NCBI GenBank assembly: GCA_965219415.1
Contig: OZ244742.1
Coordinates: 576,001 to 640,000 of the forward strand
Direction: 5' to 3'
Length of the DNA stretch: 64,000 bases
DNA from: Candidatus Marinacidobacterales bacterium
Lineage (GTDB): Bacteria; Acidobacteriota; Vicinamibacteria; Marinacidobacterales; DATDRI01
Below are positions 53,420 through 62,488 of this stretch, one piece after another; within the stretch, counting starts at the first letter, position 1; the number at the start of each line of letters is the position of its first letter. Below the pieces are notes generated by a model. The model saw only the letters and a program-made list of their open reading frames with translations. It was not told the origin of the DNA and did no database searches. The position numbers and the translations under genes are program-made.

Positions 53420-54704
53420 ATGGCGGAAGAGCAGACTGTTCAGCAGACTGGCGCGACAGCGACCGCGGAACCCTATCGAATCGACGTGAAGCTCCATGAC
53501 ATTCTGACGGATCCACAAGCCAAAGAGGTGTCGCAGCCGGCTTCTCCTGGTCAGAAACTACCGGAGCCGGTCTACCCTCAGCGAGCCTATTCGGACGAGT
53601 CCGATCCCACCAAGACCGAGTACCAGAGGACGAACGCCATGCGGACGTGGCACTCGTGGGGCAAGTCATACTTTGCGTCGCGCTCGCCCAAGAACCGCAA
53701 GGAGCTCCGCCCCATCATCGCGTACTTGTTCACCGATTATAAGTGCAACCTGGATTGCCATTACTGCTGGGCATACAACAACGCCTTCAAAGGAATGACG
53801 GAAGAGACCGCCCGACACTCCATCGACTGGCTCGAGTCCATTGGCAATCGGGTGCTCGCTTTGATGGGTGGTGAGCCTCTCCTGCGGCCGGACTTCGTTC
53901 ACAAGGTCACGGACTACGCCGCGAAGAAAGGTTTCTTCGTGTACCTGCCGACCAACGGCCGCTTGATGCGCCCCGAGGTCATCGACAGGGTGGATGATGC
54001 CGGGTTGGCCGCCATCAATCTAGCCATCGATAGCGTGGCCGTGAAGCCCTCGCTACCCAAGGCGCTCGATCCCATACGCGACCACTTCGACTATATGCTG
54101 AAGCGGCAGCACCGTTACGGCTACACGGTCGCGATCAACACCAACATCTGCCGTAACAACATGGATGACGTCGTCAAGCTGACGCACATCGCCGAGGAGC
54201 ACAATATTTCGATTGACTTCCACATCAACGAGGCTCCCATGATCCAGCAAGACCACTTCAAGCATCTCGAAGTGAACGAAACCTATCTGCGGCCGGAAGA
54301 CTACGAGAAGGTAGACGACTTGCTCGATTGGATCATCGAAAGGCAACAAGGGCGGCCAGAGGATCGTGAACCCGCTCTCGCATCTCCGAGAGATGAAGAA
54401 CCTCATGCGGGGTGAAGTGAAGCAGCGCTGGAACTGCCGCGCCGGCCACAACATGCTGATCTTTCGAACGGAGGGAATGCTCGCACCTTGCTTCCCGATG
54501 TACTCCGCCAGCCACGACTGGGGTACAGTGGGGAATCACAAATTCGATCACCAGCAGCTCGACGAGATGAAAGAGGAGTGCACGAAGCGCTGCTTATCCA
54601 CTTGCAACTACATATTAGGGTTTTGCTACAACACACGGCGTGTTCTTTGGTGGGCCACGAAGCAAGCCATGCGTGGCTTCAAAGGTGTGAGCGGCAGCTT
54701 CTAG
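53420..54704 (+). CDS. radical SAM protein with C-terminal SPASM/twitch-like cysteines, frameshift near 54350
   Basis: AAGGAG RBS, CNLDCHYC, MGGEPLL, TNG, and C-terminal CRAG...PCF...CTKRCLSTC. Confidence 0.88.
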
Positions 54705-54721
54705 CTTATCCCGCTCTCGGT

Positions 54722-54756
54722 GCCCGGGTCACTGGTTGTGGCCCGGGCTTTTTTAT
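54722..54756 (+). terminator. Rho-independent terminator
   Basis: GCCCGGGTCAC-TGGTT-GTGGCCCGGGC hairpin followed by TTTTTTAT, just after the radical SAM stop. Confidence 0.8.
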
Positions 54757-54757
54757 T

Positions 54758-56141
54758 GGGTCTACGCGGATTCGTGTGGGTTGAAAACTGCATTTCTGGG
54801 TAATGGCGGAAGGAAAGCCGCCACGATCTTCAGCTTGAGATATTCCTCGTCGCGATAGCCGTAGGCGCGTCGTTGCAGAACACGGATTTTGTTGTTGACC
54901 CCTTCAACTAGGCCGAGACTGACTTTGTTCTCCGGATGACAGTAGGAGGCGATACCATCCCAATGGGACTCAATCATACCGGCGAACTTCTGGTACGGAT
55001 GCAGGCGTTGCCATTTGAGGCTGTCTTTCCAACGGGTGAAAAAGGCGCGAGCGCCGCGTTCGGTGCGGTAATCCCAGAGTTGCCCGAAGGCCTCCTTCAA
55101 AATATAGGCGGTGTTCAGGCGCCGGTTGGCCTGGAGCAACTTTTTGAGTGCGCGGCGACCGTCTAGGCTCAGGTTCTCCCGCCGGGAAAGCAAAGTGTAA
55201 CGCTGCCCCTTGATGTACGACCGGTCCTTGCCGCTGAGGCGTTTGTACTCACCGCGCCGGACCTCATCGAGGGCCTTTGACAGATGACGCATGATATGAA
55301 ACTTGTCGAAGATGATCCGCGCATTAGGCGCGTTGTGAATCACCGAGTTCCGGAAGGGCTTCCACATATCCATGGCGGCCAGCTTGATACGGGCGCTTTT
55401 CTTTCCGCCCAGCGCCTTGAAGAACAAATCGATGTCGGTTTCTTTACGACCCTCACCGCCCACCCAGATGGGACGCGCCCGCTCCAGGTCGCTGACAATG
55501 ACGCGATAGTTATGTCCCTTGCGGATGGAGATCTCATCGACACCGATGGCCCGAGGCGCCGGTAGCCCCGCCCGGTCGACCTGCTCTTGCATGTAGAGCG
55601 TATCCAGAGCCTTCACCGTACCGTGGTGCAGACGTTCCATCTCGGCCACCGCCTTGTTCGGCATATCCCGGCACAGCTTGCCCACATGCGTCGCAAAACG
55701 CTGGGTGTAGCGCGAGTTGTTCGCCAGCCAGTCTAGGTGTTCTACATGCACACCGCCGCACCCAGAACAGTTGACGCGCCAACGCTCGTATTCCAGATAG
55801 ATCCGCCAGCCTGCCAACGACAGGTCGCGGACCCGGCACACTTGCTTGTCATAGCGCCCCCGGCACCGTTGCCCACAGTAAGAGCACACAGCTGTTTTTT
55901 TCGCCTCTTGAGCTGGATGACGCGGGCGTATCGGTCACCGAATAGACCCTTCAATCCGGCACCAACCACGAAACCTGGCAGCGCAAACAGCGAGCGGATC
56001 GACTGGGAATTTTTCACTCGGTTAGCCTATCCTAAAAATGGACCACTTTTCAGCACCTGATGAAGTACTCGATACCTTTTCCACACAATGAGTTACACTG
56101 TTTTTCCGTCAGAACTTACCCACACGAATCCGCGTAAACCC
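54758..56141 (-). mobile_element. ISL3-family insertion sequence, copy 2 (1384 bp)
   Basis: Same inverted repeats as copy 1. Flanks TTTTTATT and GTTTTATT give a 7/8 target duplication. Only four substitutions versus copy 1 were seen by eye. Confidence 0.96.
54762..56017 (-). CDS. ISL3 transposase (-1 frameshift at the A7 run)
   Basis: As copy 1, with the A7 run at 55895-55901. Confidence 0.9.
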
Positions 56142-56148
56142 GTTTTAT

Positions 56149-56690
56149 TTACCCTGCCGAGGCTTCCTCGCGCTCCCTAGCGAAGGCAGGCTGCTCCAAG
56201 CCGTGTAGAATTAATGCGCCCCGATAGAAACACCACAACCCCAGCATTTGGATCAGGTGGTATAGGTCGTTGTAGTTGAAGTGCTGGTGAATGGAGACCT
56301 TGGTAACCATGAGCGCGATGCCAATCGCGCTCACGAGGATTCCCTTTCTGAGCCAGCTGATACCGACTTTGCGATGCTCTTGGTCGTCGGTCCTGCCCGG
56401 AGCGCCGAACGCAGCCCCGCGATGAACATCAATACCGAACCGGTACCGATGGACCATACCGTGATCGTCCAGACGATGGCCCAGTTCGCTTCGCCGAGAT
56501 AAAGGCGAAAACCGTGCGATGTCCCGCCGGCTAGCGCGGCCAGTGCCGCAACCAGAAACGCAATAACCCAGAGACCGACCGAGCCCTTCCCCGCCGCTCG
56601 GGATTTTCGCAATAGAGATATCGCCAAGAAGGCGCTCTGCCCCGCCAGCATGTAGTCCGTGATAAGGGTCATGGGCTCGGTGATGTGCAT
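56149..56690 (-). CDS. DUF6962-like membrane protein, frameshifted
   Basis: EPMTLITDY, GGTSHGF and FNYNDLYHLIQ motifs with several TM segments. Confidence 0.65.
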
Positions 56691-56695
56691 GTTGG

Positions 56696-57628
56696 TCAGT
56701 CAGCCGATTGAGTCTGAGACTTACGGCGACGCCTCCACAGCTTGCGGCTTCCCCAGAAGGCGAACAGGCCCGCTACGGCAAGAGGCACGAGGGTTCCAGT
56801 TAGCGCAATGAGCTCGGCGACAGTGAGAACGAAGTTCTCTCCCGACCGAGCGAAGGATCTCCAAAGCGTTCGGAAGACGCCGCCCCCCTGAACTACAGGA
56901 CCGGGTTCGCGCACGTTGATGGTGATCGTAGAGTAAGCGATCTGGTTGTCCCAGAGCCTCTTCCGTCCCTCCATCGCGTCGATATCTGTTCGGACACGGG
57001 CCAGCTCCCGCTCCGCCGCCAGAAGGTCGGCGAGCTTATTGGCTGGACGCTTCAGAAGCTCCACCAGCCGCTCCTCGAGCTCCTTTTGGTTGCGCATCCG
57101 CACCTCGAGATCAAAGTACTGGTCGGTGATGTCGTTTGCGGAAATAGAGACGTGCTCCACTTTGCCGAGTTTCTTGAGCTCTTCGAGGGCTTGGTCCAAC
57201 TGCTCCGAGGGAACTCGACAAGTGATAGTGCCTGACTTGGTCGCGTACTGGTCCTGACTCAACGATTCGTTCGTTACGTATCCATTCGCGGAATCCACGA
57301 GGGCTTTGATATCGGTCAATGCCTCTTCGACAGAAGAGACCTCCAAGTTCAGAAACCCGTTGCGGATGATCTTCCGCTTGTCCCCAACCGGGGCGGGTGT
57401 GGCTGGTGGCTGAGTCTGCTGCAACCTGGGTGACTCCGCCGCGACCTTCGCCGCCACCATGCCGAAACGACCGGGGGTCGGGGCGGCGGGTACGACCGAC
57501 CCCACCATGACCTGCTCCGCCATCTCTTCTTCCATTGGCGCGTCGGCGCGGTCGACACAAGACACGCCAACGCCGACCATCAGCGCCACGCACAAGAGTT
57601 TCGTCATCACCGCCTCCCTGCTAAGCAT
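56696..57628 (-). CDS. DUF4349-domain lipoprotein
   Basis: Lipobox GVSC, RKIIRNG, RVPSE, DITDQYFD and a C-terminal TM. Confidence 0.85.
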   Translation of the reverse strand: MLSREAVMTKLLCVALMVGVGVSCVDRADAPMEEEMAEQVMVGSVVPAAPTPGRFGMVAAKVAAESPRLQQTQPPATPAPVGDKRKIIRNGFLNLEVSSVEEALTDIKALVDSANGYVTNESLSQDQYATKSGTITCRVPSEQLDQALEELKKLGKVEHVSISANDITDQYFDLEVRMRNQKELEERLVELLKRPANKLADLLAAERELARVRTDIDAMEGRKRLWDNQIAYSTITINVREPGPVVQGGGVFRTLWRSFARSGENFVLTVAELIALTGTLVPLAVAGLFAFWGSRKLWRRRRKSQTQSAD

Positions 57629-57667
57629 ACAGCTTTCCTGGCGGAAAATTCCGGGGATGAGAGATCC

Positions 57668-57752
57668 ACTCTCCCAGCCCGTCTCCGTCCGCGTAGTGTC
57701 TAAGGACTTCGGCGGGTCCGCCGAAGCTCTAGCGAAGGCGGAAGGGAGAGGG
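57668..57752. repeat. nested REP-like palindromes
   Basis: Outer CTCTCCC...GGGAGAG arms enclose CTTCGGCGG-GT-CCGCCGAAG and TCCGCCGAAGCTCTAGCGAAGGCGGA. Confidence 0.6.
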
Positions 57753-57775
57753 ATTATGGGACGAAGAAACCATCA

Positions 57776-58261
57776 TTACACGGCTTCGGCTCGATAATCC
57801 TCGTGCTGGGCAGCACTCGCCGCCACCGGGACCTTCATAACCTGCCAACAATGCGGGCACGCTACCGGTGCATCGGTGGTTCTTTCGCCTGGTTGCGCGG
57901 CATAGACAACGACAAAGCTCTTGCCGCACTTGGTGCATTGATGTTGATCGCGAGTACCCGAACCTGAAGGCGCCGCCGCGGCCAGTGAGGGAGAGTTGGC
58001 TTCCGGCTCGATGTCGGCCCGCGGCTTGGTGAGCGCTTCAACGAGAGCGTTTTGAAGGCTAATCTCGGGTGCCGTCAACGTCAGCCCTTTGTATTTGGGC
58101 TCCGGCCCGTCGATCGTCACCGACCACTCAGCACCTAGTTTGACGAGAGAGACGCTCCAGGGACCGGCTTCAGCGCGATTCCCGATCGCCTTTCTGACCG
58201 TGCGATCTACTTGTGACTTTTCATCGGCCGCGCAGCCGGCAATGAGAACCTGCAGCCCCAA
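57776..58261 (-). CDS. hypothetical protein with C-terminal zinc ribbon
   Basis: CTKC...CPHC pair and GGAGG RBS. Confidence 0.7.
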   Translation of the reverse strand: MGLQVLIAGCAADEKSQVDRTVRKAIGNRAEAGPWSVSLVKLGAEWSVTIDGPEPKYKGLTLTAPEISLQNALVEALTKPRADIEPEANSPSLAAAAPSGSGTRDQHQCTKCGKSFVVVYAAQPGERTTDAPVACPHCWQVMKVPVAASAAQHEDYRAEAV

Positions 58262-58337
58262 TCCTTCCCTCCTTGGTCCGCCTGATCGTATCGCAATTCG
58301 CTTTGTTCGGACGACCGGTTAGCATGGGCTCCGGAGC

Positions 58338-58352
58338 GCAAATCTCTTGCCA
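58338..58352 (-). promoter_or_regulatory. sigma54 (-24/-12) promoter
   Basis: Minus strand TGGCAAG-AGAT-TTGC with GG-N10-GC spacing, about 75 bp before the zinc-ribbon gene. Confidence 0.6.
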
Positions 58353-58497
58353 CATCGCCCAACCGGCCCTTGCAGACTGCCATTACCATCAGATCAAAAG
58401 CAATTCTTGTGGTAAAAAAGTAGACAACCCGATCAAGAATCCAACGTCGAACTGGCCTGGCGCCCGGCTGCATTCGCCAAGGCCTAGCCGAATAAAA

Positions 58498-59225
58498 ATG
58501 ATCCGACTATTGCCTGCGCTGGTCCTCATTTTCAAGGTGTGGCTCGTGGCCGACTCCATAAAGCGTCGCGAGGCCTGCTACTGGCCTTGGATCATCTTCT
58601 TTGTGCCATTTGGTGGCGTGGTCTATTTTTCCTTGTGAAAATCGATGACTATAATTTAGCACGGATCGGGGATATCTTTCGAAGGCCACCGTCGGTGGAA
58701 GACCTGCGCTACCACTTTCAGCAAACCCCCAGCTCGGCTAACCGCGTCACCCTCGCCCAGGGGCTCTACCACCAGGGTAACTATGAAGAAGCGGCTGAAC
58801 ACTTTACGGGGGCGCTGCGGCAGGAGCCGCAAGATCCCGAAGCTCTCTACGGTTCGGGGTTAACCGCAATTGCTCGAAAGGAATACGAGCATGCGGCCGA
58901 GCGCCTCAACACGCTACTCGAAATCGACAAGACCTACCGACAGTATGCCGTTTGGCCACCATTCGCTCACGCCCTCTTCGAAGATGGACGTCAGGAGGAA
59001 TGCCTGGGGTTTCTGAAGAGGCTGGTGGAGGCAAATCCCCGCATGCAGCACAAGGTTCTTCTTGCTGAGTATCTAGAAAAAGCCGGCCAGCCCGCCGAGG
59101 CGCGTGATGTCTTGAATGCAGCGCTCGCCGAGCATGAACGTTCACCGCGGTTTCTGAGGAGGCGCAACTTCCGCCGTGCGATGCAGGCCAAGGGCATGCT
59201 CAAGGCTCTTGGTAAGCCAGCCTAA
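58498..59225 (+). CDS. membrane-anchored TPR protein, frameshift near 58630
   Basis: WPWIIFFVPFGGVVYF TM hairpin followed by TPR repeats. Confidence 0.75.
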
Positions 59226-60004
59226 GAGGGCGGATCGGACTCCTCGGGCTCGGGCAGGCATTCGACCCATTCCCCCTCGGTTCCCAGTCGCTCGGCCCAG
59301 ACATACCAATACTCGCCGTCATAAGACCAGTAGCCTGGCTCGACGTCGAAGCCTTTATAAGAAGTCGCCCCCCGGCATTTCCGCGACTGGTAGCATCCAC
59401 TTCGATCGTCCGGCACACGAAGAACCTGCCGCAACCCTTTTCTCCTTTTCGTGAAGTTGGGGCCACACTTCCTCCCTAGCTCCTCGCGTGCAGTATCCTC
59501 GGGATCCTCGACGTCCGCCGGTGCAGCTTCCTCGGATGACGCTGAGCAAGGACATCGATAGCCCCGCAACTTTTTCAGATTCGCTAGCCTGCTCTCATGT
59601 GTGGAATTCGGGTCGCCATAGCCATTGTCCAAGAGAAAATAGGTCAATGAGTTGAGACCATGGGTCAGTGAGATCAAGTTGGGCCGCGGATCGCAGCTCA
59701 CACAGCGACGCTCGCCATCCGGAGTGTTGCGTTCGATAATGCCATCGATACCCTGCGTGACGCTCTCCAAGATCTTCTCGATCTTCCGGCAGGTATTCAG
59801 ATTGGAGACTCCTAGACAATCAGCGACGGTTAACGAAAGGCTGAAGGCTTGTTCCAATTGCCGTCTCTTTTCGACGACGGTCTCGTACTCACCACACGAA
59901 GGACAACTCTGTCCGAAAACGGAAGGAGCTGTTAATACGACGATCGCTACAAGTGCGACGAGTCTAGCAGGGACCTCGACAACGGTGTCTCTTTTCAATG
60001 TCAT
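59222..60004 (-). CDS. exported Cys-rich hypothetical protein
   Basis: Signal-like N-terminus, 12 Cys including two CxxC and one CxC, aromatic C-terminus GYWSYDGEYWYVW, and AGGAG RBS. Confidence 0.7.
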   Translation of the reverse strand: MTLKRDTVVEVPARLVALVAIVVLTAPSVFGQSCPSCGEYETVVEKRRQLEQAFSLSLTVADCLGVSNLNTCRKIEKILESVTQGIDGIIERNTPDGERRCVSCDPRPNLISLTHGLNSLTYFLLDNGYGDPNSTHESRLANLKKLRGYRCPCSASSEEAAPADVEDPEDTAREELGRKCGPNFTKRRKGLRQVLRVPDDRSGCYQSRKCRGATSYKGFDVEPGYWSYDGEYWYVWAERLGTEGEWVECLPEPEESDPPS

Positions 60005-60013
60005 CTCCTCTGC

Positions 60014-61036
60014 TCAGTCGATGCGGCTACGCGGCAGCGGTCGCTCCGGCACGTCCTCCAAGAGTCCACCGTGTCCCATGGCAACGATATCCGCGCGCGT
60101 CAAACGGTCCCCGACCAGGAGTCGGGGAAGCACCCAATCCACGACGTTGACCTTCCTGCTCCTGGCGCAGCCTGGCGCACCCAGCACCGGCACATCACCA
60201 ATATAGCCCAGCATCAGAAGGTTGCCCGGATCCACCGGGGCGCCGACACACTCTACTCGCCCGCCGGCACGCTCTAGCGCACGCGGCATAATGTCTCCCA
60301 CATCCATGATCGCAGTCTCTCCCGCAAGGAGGATCAGAAGGACGCCGGCATCTCGCTGTCGTTCGATCACCGAAGCCAGCACAGACTCTCCGGAATCATC
60401 GTCCAACGTGACGTAGTCGCGTTTCGCAATGTGAGAGCCTAGGCTCCGCACCCTTTCCTCCAACGGAGAGAAGTGTTCGAAGAGCTTGTCGCGAACCGAC
60501 GGCGATCCCGAAAGGATCATCCCCACCGAGCGTGACAGGAGCTCGTCCACACGGATGAGAGGTTCTCCCTCGGTGGCGATCGCCTCGGCGCGCACGACGA
60601 TCGGTTCCGGTACCGCGTAGGGAATGACTTTGATGGTGGCCACTGCCTGACCGCGGCCCACCGCGGTGTGAGTATCGAGCGCAGCGAGCGTGACGCCTTG
60701 ACACTCGTTTAGACGGACCAGCCGACCGGTGTTCACACGAAACAACCCCTGGGTGGTAGCTAGAACGTTGACCCGACCGGTGGCGGAGCCCAAGAGTCGA
60801 AGACCATCACCCTGCGCCGCCTCTGCAACGCGACGCGCCGCCACATCCTCACCCACGTCACCGGGCTCGAGCTCGGCCACGTACGCAACGGTCCGCCCCA
60901 TCTCACGGAGCACCGCTACGTGCTCCACACTGAGAGCTTTTCCCTTCCGGAGCAACCGCCGGCCATCGCGACCGGCGACGTTGTGTCCCAGAATCTTGCC
61001 TTCGGCCCTTTCCAAAGGAACAGGACCGAACTTCAT
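60014..61036 (-). CDS. molybdopterin-binding (MoeA-like) protein
   Basis: MKFGPVPL, ATGRVN, TIKVIP, GAPVDPGNLL and GAPGCARS motifs. Confidence 0.88.
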   Translation of the reverse strand: MKFGPVPLERAEGKILGHNVAGRDGRRLLRKGKALSVEHVAVLREMGRTVAYVAELEPGDVGEDVAARRVAEAAQGDGLRLLGSATGRVNVLATTQGLFRVNTGRLVRLNECQGVTLAALDTHTAVGRGQAVATIKVIPYAVPEPIVVRAEAIATEGEPLIRVDELLSRSVGMILSGSPSVRDKLFEHFSPLEERVRSLGSHIAKRDYVTLDDDSGESVLASVIERQRDAGVLLILLAGETAIMDVGDIMPRALERAGGRVECVGAPVDPGNLLMLGYIGDVPVLGAPGCARSRKVNVVDWVLPRLLVGDRLTRADIVAMGHGGLLEDVPERPLPRSRID

Positions 61037-61476
61037 TTTTCGAGTTTCTTTTTAACGCAAGTGAAGAACTGAGCGGTCAGTTTTTGGGTAACGGGTTTCA
61101 TGAGTCGTGCGGCAAGGCTCGCGATGGTCCCCAGCACCTTCACCTCTGCCGACCACTCCAGATCGGTAGAATCGTCGGCACCATCGGTCAACTGCATTTC
61201 GCTGGTGACGTCGATGGAGCTTCCTGGCGCCGTGCCATTCATTTTCATTTTCGCTCGGTTGGGGGCATCCAGCTCTACCCATTCCACATCGGTATTCATC
61301 TTGATCTTGACCGTACCGAGGCCCAACGCTCCAAGCGCGCGGAATTTCTTGTTCGGAGTAACGATCTCGATGGACTCGAGCCCGGGCATACACTGGCCCA
61401 CAGCCTGGGCATCGGTTAGAAAAGCCCAAACCTCCGCGCGTGACTGCGTGATGTTGACCTTTCCATCGAAATGCAT
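61033..61476 (-). CDS. coxG: carbon monoxide dehydrogenase subunit G (SRPBCC fold)
   Basis: VWAFLTD..VGQCMPG and GTIASLAARL motifs, in a cox context. Confidence 0.85.
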   Translation of the reverse strand: MHFDGKVNITQSRAEVWAFLTDAQAVGQCMPGLESIEIVTPNKKFRALGALGLGTVKIKMNTDVEWVELDAPNRAKMKMNGTAPGSSIDVTSEMQLTDGADDSTDLEWSAEVKVLGTIASLAARLMKPVTQKLTAQFFTCVKKKLEK

Positions 61477-61479
61477 CGG

Positions 61480-62487
61480 CTATCGCTTCACCAAGTAGGT
61501 CTTTGGTTCCCTATCGAAGGATCGCTTACAACCGGAGCAACAGAAATAATAGACCTGGCCAGCATGATCGGAGAGATGTTGCGCTGACTCCACCTCCACG
61601 GCCATGCCGCAAACCGGATCTGTGGCTTCGGTCAGTTCCGGTGCGCGAGAAGAGGCCTCGGCATCGGTATGAGGGGCAGCCGGCTCGACGCCCATCCCTG
61701 GGATTAGGCGGCGGCGACGAATCAAAACCAGCTCCGCAAGTATGCTGACCGCGATCTCGGGTGGCGACGAAGCGCCGAGATCGATCCCCGCAGGATACTT
61801 GAGCTCCTCTAGGCGTTCCTCGGGAACACGTGCCTGGCGGAGGTCGTGTAGTACGGATTCGGCTCTCTTGCTGCTAGCGACCAATGACACATAGGCGGCC
61901 TTGGTGGCGAGAGCACCTTCCAGCGCTTCCTCATCGTAGTTGCCATGACTGGCAACTACGATCGCCGTATCGCGACCGATCCGAAGCTTAGAGAAATCGA
62001 GGTCGGTCACGATGCGATCGGCACGAGCAAATCGTTGGGGCTCCGCTTCCGGCGACATGACGGTGACCTCGTACACCATGTCCTTGCCGAGATTGACCAG
62101 GGCCTCGACAATCGGGAGATGTCCGACCGCTATGAGGTGCGGTTTGGGCAGGTGTGGCTCGAGATAGATTTCCAAGGTACCTCCGCTGACGCACGTCAGC
62201 GCCACTTCGACGACACCCTCTTTAGGTCCACTCCCCAGTTGCTCCGGCGGACAGAGTCGCACCAGCCTCGGTTGACCGTCTTCGATCGCCTTGCGCGCCT
62301 CTCGAACGACGGTCGGCTCGGCACAACTTCCTCCCACCCAGCCAACCAACGTTCCATCGTCGGTGACGATCGCCTTCGCCCCCGGCTTCGCGGACGTCGG
62401 ACGTTCGGCGCGAACTACGGTCGCGATGACAAAGGACTTTCCCCTTTCCTTCAGGAGCCTCGCCGCTTCTATGTAATCTCCTAGCAA
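61480..62487 (-). CDS. XdhC/CoxF-family protein with C-terminal YHS metal-binding domain
   Basis: GWVGGSCAE, TCVSGGT, ASHGNYDE and PPEIA motifs, with tail DPVCGM...YYFCCSGCKRSF. Confidence 0.9.
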   Translation of the reverse strand: MLGDYIEAARLLKERGKSFVIATVVRAERPTSAKPGAKAIVTDDGTLVGWVGGSCAEPTVVREARKAIEDGQPRLVRLCPPEQLGSGPKEGVVEVALTCVSGGTLEIYLEPHLPKPHLIAVGHLPIVEALVNLGKDMVYEVTVMSPEAEPQRFARADRIVTDLDFSKLRIGRDTAIVVASHGNYDEEALEGALATKAAYVSLVASSKRAESVLHDLRQARVPEERLEELKYPAGIDLGASSPPEIAVSILAELVLIRRRRLIPGMGVEPAAPHTDAEASSRAPELTEATDPVCGMAVEVESAQHLSDHAGQVYYFCCSGCKRSFDREPKTYLVKR

Positions 62488-62488
62488 T

